From the IMG/VR virus record IMGVR_UViG_2524614649_000001: a stretch of DNA of 64,000 nt; one strand, given 5' to 3'. The stretch's first letter is position 1, and each line of letters starts with the position of its first letter. The position numbers and the translations under genes were made by a program. Under the pieces are notes generated by a model that had not been told where the DNA came from, made no database searches, and was given only the letters and a program-made list of their open reading frames with translations. Of the stretch, positions 1 to 8,811 are shown piece by piece. The DNA comes from a virus. Its lineage: Duplodnaviria > Caudoviricetes.

Positions 1-68
1 CAGCACACGCCGCTCTCAAGCGGCGCGCTGATGAGGAACTCGCGGATGCGCTTGAGAAGGTCCTCCAT
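1..68 (-). CDS. hypothetical protein, 5' part only (runs off window edge)
   Basis: ATG at 68 overlaps the TGA of the upstream ORF; open to position 1 (MEDLLKRIREFLISAPLESGVC...). Confidence 0.5.
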   Translation of the reverse strand, partial: MEDLLKRIREFLISAPLESGVC

Positions 69-265
69 CAGCGCATCCTCTCGACAATACGGGCGAGGAT
101 GATGGTCACGTCGTCGATGTTCTTGACCGCGCCGATCGCGCGCATCAGGGCGTCTTTCTTGTGACGGTCGACGATGGTCATCATCCCCTCGCCGGTTCGC
201 TCGCGCTCGGCGCGAACCTCGGCGGCAGATGGCAGGGTCTCAAGCAGTTCGAGAACGCGCGACAT
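68..265 (-). CDS. hypothetical protein
   Basis: 65 aa ORF, coupled to neighbours in the leftward operon. Confidence 0.6.
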   Translation of the reverse strand: MSRVLELLETLPSAAEVRAERERTGEGMMTIVDRHKKDALMRAIGAVKNIDDVTIILARIVERMR

Positions 266-485
266 AATTTCTCCACAGCCCCCAGATGCTGACCCCGCCG
301 TAGAAGGCGTTGATCATCAGGGTGGGCAGATTGAATTGTTCGAAGAGCGACGACAGCACGAGCGCCGCCGCGACGATGTTGAGAACGAGGTAGGCCGGGC
401 CGTCAGAGACGACCCGGCCGGTTACGAGCAGCCCGTAGTTCAGCATGCCCAAGAGCACGCCGATCATGCCGGCTGCGACGAGCAC
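240..485 (-). CDS. small multi-TM membrane protein (CBU_0592-like)
   Basis: 81 aa, three hydrophobic segments, YLVLNIVAA...LVLSSL...FNLP...N motif recalled from that family. Confidence 0.6.
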   Translation of the reverse strand: MLVAAGMIGVLLGMLNYGLLVTGRVVSDGPAYLVLNIVAAALVLSSLFEQFNLPTLMINAFYGGVSIWGLWRNYVARSRTA

Positions 486-1091
486 TTAGCGGTTGTCTCC
501 GTCGCCCTGGAGGACGCCGCGCGCCTTGCGGTCGAGCAGCTTCTCGGCGTTGCCCGCCGCGATGGTCGACAGGTCGGTGCCGAGCAGCGCCGCCTTAACC
601 ACCAAGTTGGCCAGTTGGTCGAAGAGCAACGCCTTGAGCTCTTCGCGGCGGGCGTCGGACAGACCCTGCTCGGTCAGCGTTCCAGCTTCGACATTGATCT
701 GGATCGCGCCCAGCCCGTCGTCGCGGACGGCCTTCCCGACCAGCTCGGCGAAGCGACAGGCGACCTTGGCGCCAACCAGCGCGTGGGTGTATGTCGAGCC
801 GACATGGCCTTCCAACCCGAAGGTGAAGCCTTCGAGATCGTCCCTGCCCGCGACCTCGGCGAGCGTCGTGCCAAGTTCACGGGCCTTGGCTGCGAGATAC
901 CACAGTTCATCGCCGACTTCCTTGGTCAGTGCCTTCACCGGCACGAACGGTTCGTCGACGAGGTGCCCGGCGAACTCGCCAGCTTCGCCCGCGCCCTTCA
1001 GCGCGACATACATCAGGCCGAGCGGGCCGCCCTGGCCAGGGTAGACGGCGGTCGACAGGGCGGCCGCTTCATATTCAGAAAAGGTTTTCAA
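486..1091 (-). CDS. mazG: MazG-like nucleotide pyrophosphohydrolase with an internally duplicated core
   Basis: TAVYP...GEAGE...KEVGDELWY motifs and C-terminal N.EKL.DR..RG.LQGDGDNR typical of phage MazG-like proteins. Confidence 0.8.
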   Translation of the reverse strand: MKTFSEYEAAALSTAVYPGQGGPLGLMYVALKGAGEAGEFAGHLVDEPFVPVKALTKEVGDELWYLAAKARELGTTLAEVAGRDDLEGFTFGLEGHVGSTYTHALVGAKVACRFAELVGKAVRDDGLGAIQINVEAGTLTEQGLSDARREELKALLFDQLANLVVKAALLGTDLSTIAAGNAEKLLDRKARGVLQGDGDNR

Positions 1092-1648
1092 CGGGAAAGC
1101 TCCTCATAGCGTTCGAGAAAGCGGTAGGTGGCCAGATCGGCCGGCCACGGCGTCAGGTCGACGCGCGGCTTGAGGTGGCTGACGTCCCCGACGTAATCGA
1201 GGATCGCCCAGTTGCTGTGGTCGTTCGGAAGGAGCTCTTCCTTCTCGAGCTTCAGCATCTGGTCGTCGACCAGGCGAACCTCGGGCGGCAGCGGGTAGCT
1301 GAAGTTGAACAGCCGAGACATCGCGCCCTCGATGCGCGTCTCCAGCTCCTTGAAGCCGGGGATTTTGCTCTTCATCGGGCGGGGGATGTCGTTCGTGAAC
1401 GCCTCGGCCGTGTCGTGCATGAGGGCGTCGAACTCGAAGCCCTCGGCGACGATGTAGCTCGCGTTCACCGCGTGCTGCGCCACCGAGTAGAAGTGGCGGC
1501 ACTGGCCGGCGAAGCGGCAGATTTTCCCCAAGCCCTCGGCGATGTCCTGGACGGCGACGTCGGAGAGGTGGGGATTGTCGTAATCGAACATCACGCCCGA
1601 GAAGAGCCTGATGCCCGCCGACAGCGGGATTGTGACGGGTGCGTTCAT
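1088..1648 (-). CDS. HD-domain 5'-deoxynucleotidase (YfbR-like)
   Basis: DIAEGL...CRFAGQ...YSVAQH...ALMHDTAEA..NDIPRPMK; start set at ATG 1648 behind a GGAG SD. Confidence 0.85.
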   Translation of the reverse strand: MNAPVTIPLSAGIRLFSGVMFDYDNPHLSDVAVQDIAEGLGKICRFAGQCRHFYSVAQHAVNASYIVAEGFEFDALMHDTAEAFTNDIPRPMKSKIPGFKELETRIEGAMSRLFNFSYPLPPEVRLVDDQMLKLEKEELLPNDHSNWAILDYVGDVSHLKPRVDLTPWPADLATYRFLERYEELSR

Positions 1649-1664
1649 GTGTGCTCCAAATGCA

Positions 1665-1700
1665 ATGGAGCCCCGGCAGTTAGGCCCGCCGGGGCTCCAT
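1665..1700. terminator. GC-rich intergenic hairpin between nrdB and the HD gene
   Basis: ATGGAGCCCCGGC / GCCGGGGCTCCAT, 13-bp stem, 10-nt loop, no clear U-tract. Confidence 0.5.
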
Positions 1701-1710
1701 GTCTCAAGCG

Positions 1711-2721
1711 TCAGGGCAACTGACTGGGTCTCTTGTCGAAACGGCTCCAGCTGTCCTGCCAGTTGCCGCTCACCGCCGCCTTCGAGTATTCCGTCGCGCG
1801 GTTCTCGAAGAAGTTGGTGTGCTCGACCCCGTTGAGCAGCGGGATCAGCCACGGCAGCGGATGCTCGGTGATGCCGAAGATCGGCGCCATCTTGAGCTGC
1901 TGCAGACGCCAGTCGGTGATGAACCGGACATAACGCTTCACGTCGCCCGCGGTCATCCCCTCGACCGGCCCCATCGCGAAGGCCAGGTCAACGAAGGCGT
2001 CTTCCATCTCGACCACCTTGACGGCGTGCTCGCGGATGCGCTCGATCACCGTCGGCGTCAGCGCGCCGGTCTCGCGAGCGAACTCGTGGAACAGGCGGAT
2101 GATGCCTTCGCAGTGCAGGCTCTCGTCGCGGACGGACCAGCTGACGATCTGCCCCATGCCCTTCATCTTGTTGAAGCGCGGGAAGTTCATCAGCATGGCG
2201 AACGAGGCGAAGAGCTGCACGCCCTCGGTGAAGCCACCGAACATCGCCAGCGTCGTCAGGATGTCCTCGTTCGAGGACATGCTGAACTGCTGCCCATAAT
2301 CATGTTTCTCCTTCATGGCCTCGTATTCCATGAAGGCTTGGTATTCGGCTTCCGGCATCCCGACGGTATCGAGCAGGTGGCTGTAGGCCGCGATGTGGAT
2401 CGTCTCCATCGCGCTGAACGAGGTGAGCATCATCTGCACCTCGGTCGGTTTGAAGACGCCCAGATACCGCTGCATGTAGCAGCTGGCGACGTCGATGTCG
2501 GCTTGGGTGAAGAAGCGGAAAATCTGCGTGAGCAGGTTCTTTTCGGCGGGAGTGACGTTCTGCGCCCAGTCACGCACGTCCTCGCCAAGGGGGACTTCCT
2601 CGGGGAGCCAGTGGATCTGATTTTGCAGCTTCCAATAGTCGAACGCGAAGGGATAGCGGAACGGCTTGTAGGCCGTCGATGCGGTCAGCAGACCGGGCTT
2701 AGACACGGGCAAATTCTCCAT
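1711..2721 (-). CDS. nrdB: ribonucleotide reductase class I beta subunit
   Basis: YKPFRYP...HWLPEEVPL.ED...FFTQADIDV...ETIHI.AYS...EGVQLF.SF...WSVRDESLH; start at ATG 2721 (MENLPVSK). Confidence 0.95.
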   Translation of the reverse strand: MENLPVSKPGLLTASTAYKPFRYPFAFDYWKLQNQIHWLPEEVPLGEDVRDWAQNVTPAEKNLLTQIFRFFTQADIDVASCYMQRYLGVFKPTEVQMMLTSFSAMETIHIAAYSHLLDTVGMPEAEYQAFMEYEAMKEKHDYGQQFSMSSNEDILTTLAMFGGFTEGVQLFASFAMLMNFPRFNKMKGMGQIVSWSVRDESLHCEGIIRLFHEFARETGALTPTVIERIREHAVKVVEMEDAFVDLAFAMGPVEGMTAGDVKRYVRFITDWRLQQLKMAPIFGITEHPLPWLIPLLNGVEHTNFFENRATEYSKAAVSGNWQDSWSRFDKRPSQLP

Positions 2722-3154
2722 GATATTTGTGGGCGGCTGCGGTGTAGGCCGCGTGGGCCTCTTCCGAGGTTTCGAAGGTTCCGAGGTAGTGGCGTGCGCC
2801 GTTGTCGTCCCTGATGCGGGCGCTGAAGCGCCCGCTGGGCTTTTCTTGAACCCCTTTGAGACCAACCGAGTTGGTCTTTTTCATGCAGCTGTTCTGGGCG
2901 TTCCGGCGCTGGACGGTGACACGCAAGTTTTTGCGGCGGCAATCAAATGTATCGCCGTTCACATGATCAACCACTGTTCCCGGTTTTGCTTTGAGCAGCC
3001 AACGATGAAGGTCGACGTGTCCTTCACCGCGGATGAACGATCGGAAATAGGCCCGTCCATCCGCGTGTCTGCTCTCGGTCCAATTGTAGAAGAAGGCGGC
3101 ACGCCAATCCCCGTCATCGACGAGAACGGGCGTGCCGGAGGAGGCAAATATCAC
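2699..3154 (-). mobile_element. free-standing HNH-AP2 homing endonuclease gene
   Basis: LHRWLL...VDHVNGD.FDCRRKNLR (HNH) followed by KGV...RFSARI...YLGTFET.EEAH.AY (AP2); GTGA overlap with the nrdA stop. Confidence 0.85.
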
Positions 3155-4923
3155 TGACACGCAAGACACTCGTCGAAGTCGATCGGGGCCGCGATCACCT
3201 TCGGCTTATCGAGCGTGTTATCGGCGTCGACAGACCCCGCGAATGCCGCCCGCTTGGCGGAGCGGCTTCTCAGGTAGTAGAGGGACTTGATGCCCAGCTC
3301 CCATGCACGGAAGTGGAGCATCAGGAGCTGCCACACGTCGACGTTCGGCGGGAGGAAGATGTTGTTCGACGCCGCCTGGTCGATGAAGTCCGTACGATCG
3401 GCGGCGAGCTCCAGGAGCCAACGCTGGTCGATCTCGAAGCTCGTCTTGAAGACGTCAGCATCAGGCAGATCGAGATGCTGGACCGAACCCTCGTGTTCGA
3501 GGATCGAGTTCCAGACCGCGTCGGTGTTCTTGCCCTCGGTCTCGAGCACGCGCTCGAGGTGCGGGTTCTTGACAACGTAGCTGCCCGACAGCGTCTTGTG
3601 GGTGTAGATGTTCGCCGGGATCGGTTCGATGCAGGCGCTGGTCCCGCCGCAGATGATGCTGATCGACGCCGTGGGCGCGATCGCCATCTTGCAGCTGAAC
3701 CGTTCCATCACGCCAGCATCGGCAGCGTCAGGGCAGGGGCCACGTTCGCCGGCCAGCACCAGGCTGGCGCGATCGGCGGCGGCGCGGATGTGGCGGAAGA
3801 AGCGCATGTTCCAGCTCTTGGCCATCGCGCTTTCCATCGGGATGCCGCGCGACTGCAGGAAGCTGTGGAAGCCCATGACGCCGAGACCGACCGAGCGTTC
3901 GCGCGCTGCCGAATAGGCGGCCCGGGCCATGCTCGGTTCGGCGCGCTCGATGTAGTCGGTGAGGACGTTGTCGAGGAAGCGCATGACGTCTTCGATGAAC
4001 TGCTCGTCGCCGTTCCACTGATCCCACGTTTCGAGGTTCAGCGAGGACAGGCAGCAGACGGCCGTGCGATCGTTGCCGAGATGGTCGCGGCCGGTCGGCA
4101 GCGTGATCTCCGAGCATAAATTGCTGGTGGTCACCTTCAAGCCAAGCTGGCGGTGATGCTCGGGCATCGCCTTGTTCACATGGTCGATGAAGACGATGTA
4201 GGGCTCGCCGGTCGCAAGGCGGGTCTCGACCAGCTTCTGGAACAGCGTGCGGGCGTGGACTTCGCCGCGCTTCGACCCGTCGCGGGGCGAGCGGAGCGGG
4301 AACATCCGGTCGTCGCGGACGGCTTCCATGAAGGCGTCGGTGACCAGCACGCCGTGGTGCAGGTTCAGCGCCTTGCGGTTGAAGTCGCCGCTGGCCTTCC
4401 GGATTTCGAGAAACTCTTCGATCTCGGGGTGGTCGATCTGGATGTAGACCGCCGCCGAGCCGCGCCGCAGCGAGCCCTGGCTGATCGCGAGGGTCAGGCT
4501 GTCCATGACGCGGACGAACGGAACGATGCCGCTGGTCTTGCCGACGTCGCCGACCTTCTCGCCGATGCCGCGGACATTGCCCCAGAAGGTGCCGATGCCG
4601 CCGCCGCGCGAGGCGAGCCAGACGTTTTCGTTCCAGGTGTTGACGATGCCGTCGAGGCTGTCGTCGACCGAATTGAGGTAGCAGCTGATGGGCAGGCCGC
4701 GGCCGGTGCCGCCGTTCGACAGAACGGGCGTGGCGGGCATGAACCAGAGCTTGGAGATGGCGTCGTAGAGACGCTGGGCGTGGGCGTCGTCGTCAGCGTA
4801 GGCCGAGGCGACACGGGCGAAAAGGTCTTGCGGGCCTTCACCCGGAAGCAGGTAGCGGTCCTTGAGGGTCTCCTTGCCGAAATCAGTCAGCAAGGCGTCC
4901 CGAGAATGGTCGATCTGGACCAT
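3151..4923 (-). CDS. nrdA: ribonucleotide reductase class I alpha subunit (short, no ATP cone)
   Basis: ATPVLSN...PISCYL...SNLCSEI...CCLSSLN...IAPTASIS...KSLYYLRS and C-terminal CLACQ. Confidence 0.95.
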   Translation of the reverse strand: MVQIDHSRDALLTDFGKETLKDRYLLPGEGPQDLFARVASAYADDDAHAQRLYDAISKLWFMPATPVLSNGGTGRGLPISCYLNSVDDSLDGIVNTWNENVWLASRGGGIGTFWGNVRGIGEKVGDVGKTSGIVPFVRVMDSLTLAISQGSLRRGSAAVYIQIDHPEIEEFLEIRKASGDFNRKALNLHHGVLVTDAFMEAVRDDRMFPLRSPRDGSKRGEVHARTLFQKLVETRLATGEPYIVFIDHVNKAMPEHHRQLGLKVTTSNLCSEITLPTGRDHLGNDRTAVCCLSSLNLETWDQWNGDEQFIEDVMRFLDNVLTDYIERAEPSMARAAYSAARERSVGLGVMGFHSFLQSRGIPMESAMAKSWNMRFFRHIRAAADRASLVLAGERGPCPDAADAGVMERFSCKMAIAPTASISIICGGTSACIEPIPANIYTHKTLSGSYVVKNPHLERVLETEGKNTDAVWNSILEHEGSVQHLDLPDADVFKTSFEIDQRWLLELAADRTDFIDQAASNNIFLPPNVDVWQLLMLHFRAWELGIKSLYYLRSRSAKRAAFAGSVDADNTLDKPKVIAAPIDFDECLACQ

Positions 4924-4965
4924 GCGGCGGTTCTCCTAAATAGGCGTGAACCGACGCTAGTAAGC

Positions 4966-5014
4966 GGGGGCGGGACGAAGTGTCCCACCCCCATTGACGA
5001 GTGACTGGGTTACT
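4966..5014. promoter_or_regulatory. hairpin plus degenerate GTGAC site upstream of nrdA
   Basis: GGGAC-GAAGT-GTCCC core with G/C flanks, then GTGACTGGGTTAC at 5001-5013 (2 mismatches to GTGACTAGGTCAC). Confidence 0.45.
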
Positions 5015-5204
5015 TGGCGGTGGTGGACCGCTTCGTGGCGTAGTGCTGGTTAAGCACGGTGTTGATCCGCGCCACCATGCGCGGGGGAAGCTGCTTTTTC
5101 TTGAGCTCTTCCAGGTCCATAATAGCAGCGCCCCGAGCGAGTTGTCGCTCGGAGCGCCTGAAACGATGGACTGCTTTGAAGTAGGTGGTCAGATGTTCAA
5201 GCAA
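5010..5204 (-). CDS. hypothetical protein
   Basis: 64 aa ORF in the leftward operon. Confidence 0.5.
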   Translation of the reverse strand: MLEHLTTYFKAVHRFRRSERQLARGAAIMDLEELKKKQLPPRMVARINTVLNQHYATKRSTTAK

Positions 5205-5695
5205 CGGCGCACCTTTTCGAATTGCTCCGCGGACAGAAGATTGCGGAGCATCATGACCGTGAAGTCCTGACCTGTCGAGGCCGCGAGGCGCTCGAGTTGC
5301 GATAAACGGAAGTCGTGCTGGCCACCGCGCTGCGAGGCCAGCAGCTGCTGGGCCTGCGTGAGACCCGTATCGCGCGACACCTCGAGCTGGTGCCGGCCGG
5401 GGGCGTTGCGGTAGTCGTAGACGACGTTCGCCATATTGTTGCGGAAGGTGCGACTGGCATCAGACAGCCGCGGCGGCGTAGATTGCGGATCGGGGGTATA
5501 CTCGATGCCGTATTCGGCAGCTAGGCGTCGAGTGGCCTTACGGCAGTAGTCAGGCTCAAGGCCCTCCAGCTCGGCGATTGCTGCGACCGGGCGGCCTTGA
5601 CGCATTGCCGTGATGATGCGTTCATCACGTTCATCCAACAGGGTTTTCCGCTGATCGCCCCTGCTAACTTCTGTCCGTTTCTCCACTCCAAACAT
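5189..5695 (-). CDS. putative transcriptional regulator with two HTH-like segments
   Basis: GRPVAAIAELEGLEPDYCRK and EVSRDTGLTQAQ...FRLSQLERLAASTG (XRE-like). Confidence 0.6.
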   Translation of the reverse strand: MFGVEKRTEVSRGDQRKTLLDERDERIITAMRQGRPVAAIAELEGLEPDYCRKATRRLAAEYGIEYTPDPQSTPPRLSDASRTFRNNMANVVYDYRNAPGRHQLEVSRDTGLTQAQQLLASQRGGQHDFRLSQLERLAASTGQDFTVMMLRNLLSAEQFEKVRRCLNI

Positions 5696-5966
5696 CTCTT
5701 AGAAACACCTCTTCGTACACTTGCCTCACCAGCGCCGACGGTTCCACGCCGACGAGCCCCGCTCGTGCCTCTTTCAGGAGTCGGATTTTCTCCACATCCG
5801 ACCCGATCTCGATGGTGGTCATGGTCTCCAACCACGCCTCCACCAAGGCTTCGAGCATTTTCATCATCAGAACATCCTTGGACATTTCACCCACCTCTAC
5901 GATGGGTGCATAACGACACACTGATTGGTCTGACAATTCAAATTTCATTATTTGGTCTTGGGTCAT
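5664..5966 (-). CDS. hypothetical protein
   Basis: ATG 5966 preceded by GGGAGA SD; lower-GC coding sequence. Confidence 0.55.
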   Translation of the reverse strand: MTQDQIMKFELSDQSVCRYAPIVEVGEMSKDVLMMKMLEALVEAWLETMTTIEIGSDVEKIRLLKEARAGLVGVEPSALVRQVYEEVFLRDVWSGETDRS

Positions 5967-6014
5967 AGTCTCCCTAAACCAGCGGATATGACTCCGCGTC
6001 ACCGGATCGCCGAA

Positions 6015-6027
6015 GTGACCAGGTCAC
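6015..6027. promoter_or_regulatory. GTGAC-N3-GTCAC palindromic site
   Basis: GTGACCAGGTCAC, intergenic; one of five exact-arm copies. Confidence 0.7.
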
Positions 6028-6128
6028 ATGTTACATCTTTTACAGAGCCCCTCCCCGGGCTGGGTTGGGGCTTTGCGAATAAACTGCTGTGGGGACAATG
6101 AAATTTTCCCGCACGTTGCGGTTAACGG

Positions 6129-6467
6129 TCAGTCGTTTCGACGAACGGCCTGATGGAGTTCGACGAACAACGGGACCGCTTCTGCGGCGATGGCAGGGCG
6201 CAGCCGATAAAAGCACGTCCTGCCGAGTTTGCGACAGTCGAGAACGCCCGCCCGATACATCTTCGCCAGCCGGCGGCGAGCGGTGTCGTCGCTGATCTGG
6301 CCAATACGCTGGGCGACATAATCCGTTGTGATCTCGGGGGTTTCCGACAGATACGCTTCCAGCGCCACACATCCCACGGTGAAATTCACCAGTAGGCGGT
6401 GGAGCCTCAGCGTATTGTCGAGCCGGCACCCGACGATCTGCCGCATCGCAGCTAAATCGTTTCGCAT
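6129..6467 (-). CDS. winged-helix DNA-binding protein
   Basis: YVAQRIGQISDDTARRRLAKMYRAGVLDCRKLGRTCFYRL, a wHTH pattern; GGAG SD. Confidence 0.7.
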   Translation of the reverse strand: MRNDLAAMRQIVGCRLDNTLRLHRLLVNFTVGCVALEAYLSETPEITTDYVAQRIGQISDDTARRRLAKMYRAGVLDCRKLGRTCFYRLRPAIAAEAVPLFVELHQAVRRND

Positions 6468-6542
6468 GGTGCTCCTGCTTCAAAATGGACATAAATCCCT
6501 CGCTAGGTCAATGGTCGTTCACAAATTATCAACGCCAAAATC

Positions 6543-7331
6543 CTACATCGCAAGGAAATTCGTTCTCTTTTCGTTCTCATTCACGAAACCGGAACGATCG
6601 GCCTTGGCAAAGTTTCCTTTCGCTTTCAGACCCACCACCACACCGCGAGGGTCGGCAGGGCGGAAGTCGTGTTCATCGCCATCGATCACCGGTCGGCCGA
6701 GGTGTTGAGCCGGGAGTTCCTGAAAGAAGACCGACGCGATGTTCATGCCGCGAGCCATCTCGGCTGCGACATCTCCCGCGTTTATCTCGCTCTCGCTGAA
6801 CGTCAGATGATAGTTGGCAGGCGGCGTGCGCCCCGGGATTTTGGTGTAATCGTAGAACGACACCTCCGGGAACAGGTCGATGATGTTGTCGGCGGTGCGG
6901 CCGATCTTGGCCGCCACATCCGGGAACAGGATGAAGCGGCGCTTCTCCCAGACGATGTCGCTAGTGCCGTTGAGGCGGACGCCGGGTTTCATGCCCTCGC
7001 GGCCAGCCTTGCGGACGTGGGCCGCGATCTCGAGCGCCAGCAGGTTGAGGAACAGGTTGCGGTCACGGAAGAAGAGGTCGGTCTTGGCCACCCTCGACTT
7101 CGTCTTGGCGTCGAGCGTCACCGGGTTCCCGGCGAAGTGCAGACACGCCGCGCTGCAGCCAGGGCTGCGCTTCGGGCAGGTCTCCCTGCCCGACATGTTG
7201 CCTGGCGCAAGGTGGAGCACGGCGCCGAGCACGCCCACCTTCTTATTCTTCGCGACCTTCGGGTTTGCGTCCGGACGGGACAGCAGCGATCGAAGCCCCG
7301 CGCGGTCGCGGAGCTGCTTCAGTGATGACAT
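6543..7331 (-). CDS. GP88-family phage protein
   Basis: LHLAP...TCP..SPGC.AACL..AG...RLNGTSDI...FYDYTK...NYHLTFS...DGDEHD.R..DP.GVVVGLKAKG. Confidence 0.8.
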   Translation of the reverse strand: MSSLKQLRDRAGLRSLLSRPDANPKVAKNKKVGVLGAVLHLAPGNMSGRETCPKRSPGCSAACLHFAGNPVTLDAKTKSRVAKTDLFFRDRNLFLNLLALEIAAHVRKAGREGMKPGVRLNGTSDIVWEKRRFILFPDVAAKIGRTADNIIDLFPEVSFYDYTKIPGRTPPANYHLTFSESEINAGDVAAEMARGMNIASVFFQELPAQHLGRPVIDGDEHDFRPADPRGVVVGLKAKGNFAKADRSGFVNENEKRTNFLAM

Positions 7332-7364
7332 GGAAATTGGTCCCCTGGTTCGGGGTGATCGGGT

Positions 7365-7586
7365 CTAGTCGGTGATAAAGCTGACGAAGGCGGCACCCTG
7401 CGGGACGCCGGCCTCATCGGCCGACGACACCTTCAGCTCGGCCCGCGCGGGCAGCTCGCCTTCGAGGGGTTCGGGCAGGTCGACGCCGAAGTAGCGGCCG
7501 TCTTCCAGCTCGAGGATCAGACGACGATCGCCAGCCATCTCAACGGTGGCGAACGTCACGGTGGTGGGCTGGGTGCGCTTGGTCAT
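7365..7586 (-). CDS. hypothetical protein
   Basis: 73 aa ORF, phage-like codon usage. Confidence 0.6.
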   Translation of the reverse strand: MTKRTQPTTVTFATVEMAGDRRLILELEDGRYFGVDLPEPLEGELPARAELKVSSADEAGVPQGAAFVSFITD

Positions 7587-7591
7587 GCCCG

Positions 7592-7621
7592 CCGTCCTGC
7601 CGCGTGGTGGCGGCAGGACGG
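7592..7621. promoter_or_regulatory. intergenic hairpin 6 nt upstream of an ATG
   Basis: CCGTCCTGCCGC / GCGGCAGGACGG, 12-bp stem, 6-nt loop. Confidence 0.5.
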
Positions 7622-7639
7622 AAGGATAGACCGGTCAAC

Positions 7640-7891
7640 CTAAGTCAACCGCACCCGTGCTTCGACCTCTTCGAGGCGGTAGCGGGTGTCGTCGTGCGGC
7701 AATTTATTACCCTTGCCGGCCCAGATTTGGACGATTGCGACGAGCCAGTCGTCGTCGCCATCGCCGAGCGGCTTGCCCATCAACGCGCTGAAGGTTTCGA
7801 GCGACGGCTTTTCGGGCCACCACGCTTCGAGGTTGTTGTCGGGTTGGTCGTAATTGTTCGCGACCGAGAAGAGGCACCAAATCTTATTCAT
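7640..7891 (-). CDS. hypothetical protein
   Basis: starts MNKIWCLFSV; Trp-rich. Confidence 0.6.
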   Translation of the reverse strand: MNKIWCLFSVANNYDQPDNNLEAWWPEKPSLETFSALMGKPLGDGDDDWLVAIVQIWAGKGNKLPHDDTRYRLEEVEARVRLT

Positions 7892-8081
7892 CTTGGATTT
7901 CCTGCCAGAAGGCGAACACATCCGGGGCGTCGTTGTTGTAGATTTCGAGGTCGTCCAACGAGTAGCGACCGCGGTCCTTGAGGAACCAGTCCTTCATCTC
8001 CTCACGGGTGCCGGAGAAGACGACGGACTGGCCCTCGTAGGGTTCGTGGTGGAAGACCGAGTAGGTCGGCTCAGTCGACAT
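7884..8081 (-). CDS. hypothetical protein
   Basis: starts MSTEPTYSVFHHEPYEG; overlaps neighbours. Confidence 0.6.
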   Translation of the reverse strand: MSTEPTYSVFHHEPYEGQSVVFSGTREEMKDWFLKDRGRYSLDDLEIYNNDAPDVFAFWQEIQDE

Positions 8082-8451
8082 CCATCTCGTTCCGATGAAA
8101 GCTGTCATCGAGCGACGGCGTGTCGAGCGGGGGCTCTTCCGGTTCGGGCGTGCAGCTGAAGCAGTAAGGGTCGCTACCCTCGCCGTGATCGATGAAATCC
8201 GAGCATTTCTCGCAGATGCGTTCGGTCTCACTGTAGCCGTCGACGCAGAAGCCGCCGCTGGCGTCGATCACGATGGCCGTGTCACCGACCTCACGATCTT
8301 GGTCGTTCCAGGCTTCGATTTCCATCGCGGTCGGCGACAGGCCGGTCTCGACATAATCGTCGGCACAGCGACGGGCGGCGGCGGCGTCGGGGGCTTCGAC
8401 CTCGACGATGATGAAGGACTTCACGTCCACCTTGAACTTAGGCACGGGCAA
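8071..8451 (-). CDS. acidic hypothetical protein with CxxC...CxxC
   Basis: CEKC...CFSC putative Zn site; Asp/Glu-rich. Confidence 0.6.
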   Translation of the reverse strand: MPVPKFKVDVKSFIIVEVEAPDAAAARRCADDYVETGLSPTAMEIEAWNDQDREVGDTAIVIDASGGFCVDGYSETERICEKCSDFIDHGEGSDPYCFSCTPEPEEPPLDTPSLDDSFHRNEMDVD

Positions 8452-8638
8452 TCACCTCGTTGTCGAGCTGGACCTCGACGATCTTGACTTTGCTGATGTG
8501 GTCCTCGTCGACGCCCATGCTCATGATGTGCTCGGCGAAACCGGCGTTGGTCATCGGGCCGTCGTAGACGCCGGCCGTGATGATGAATTTGGCGGTGACC
8601 TCGTAGACGACGTCGATACGGTCGTGGGTGCCGGTCAT
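8438..8638 (-). CDS. hypothetical protein
   Basis: 66 aa, ATGA coupling. Confidence 0.55.
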   Translation of the reverse strand: MTGTHDRIDVVYEVTAKFIITAGVYDGPMTNAGFAEHIMSMGVDEDHISKVKIVEVQLDNEVIARA

Positions 8639-8811
8639 AACCCTGACGGCAGTCCATGAGCGGCCTTGACCGTGAGCGGCCCATTGCCACTGTCATGATA
8701 GGTTGTGCCGATGTAATTTCCGTGTCGGTCGTAGTTGACGCGGCTAGATAAGCGGGGGTTGGTCAAGCCCCCGCAGGCACAGTAGCAGCGATAAGAGATG
8801 GTGCTCGTCAT
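8635..8811 (-). CDS. small hypothetical protein (58 aa, not in ORF track)
   Basis: MTSTISYRCYCACGGLTNPR...; TGATG coupling to the ligase stop and ATGA coupling to the next gene. Confidence 0.55.
   Translation of the reverse strand: MTSTISYRCYCACGGLTNPRLSSRVNYDRHGNYIGTTYHDSGNGPLTVKAAHGLPSGL

Noticed and set aside
486-1648. MazZ/DatZ Z-genome (2-aminoadenine) pathway
   Set aside because: No purZ or adenylosuccinate-synthase-like gene in the window, and the HD protein looks like the common YfbR type; cannot be excluded for the rest of the genome.
8752-8774. GCGGGGG...CCCCCGC hairpin as a terminator after the ligase
   Set aside because: It lies inside a coupled 58-aa ORF (8635-8811) and lacks a U-tract.
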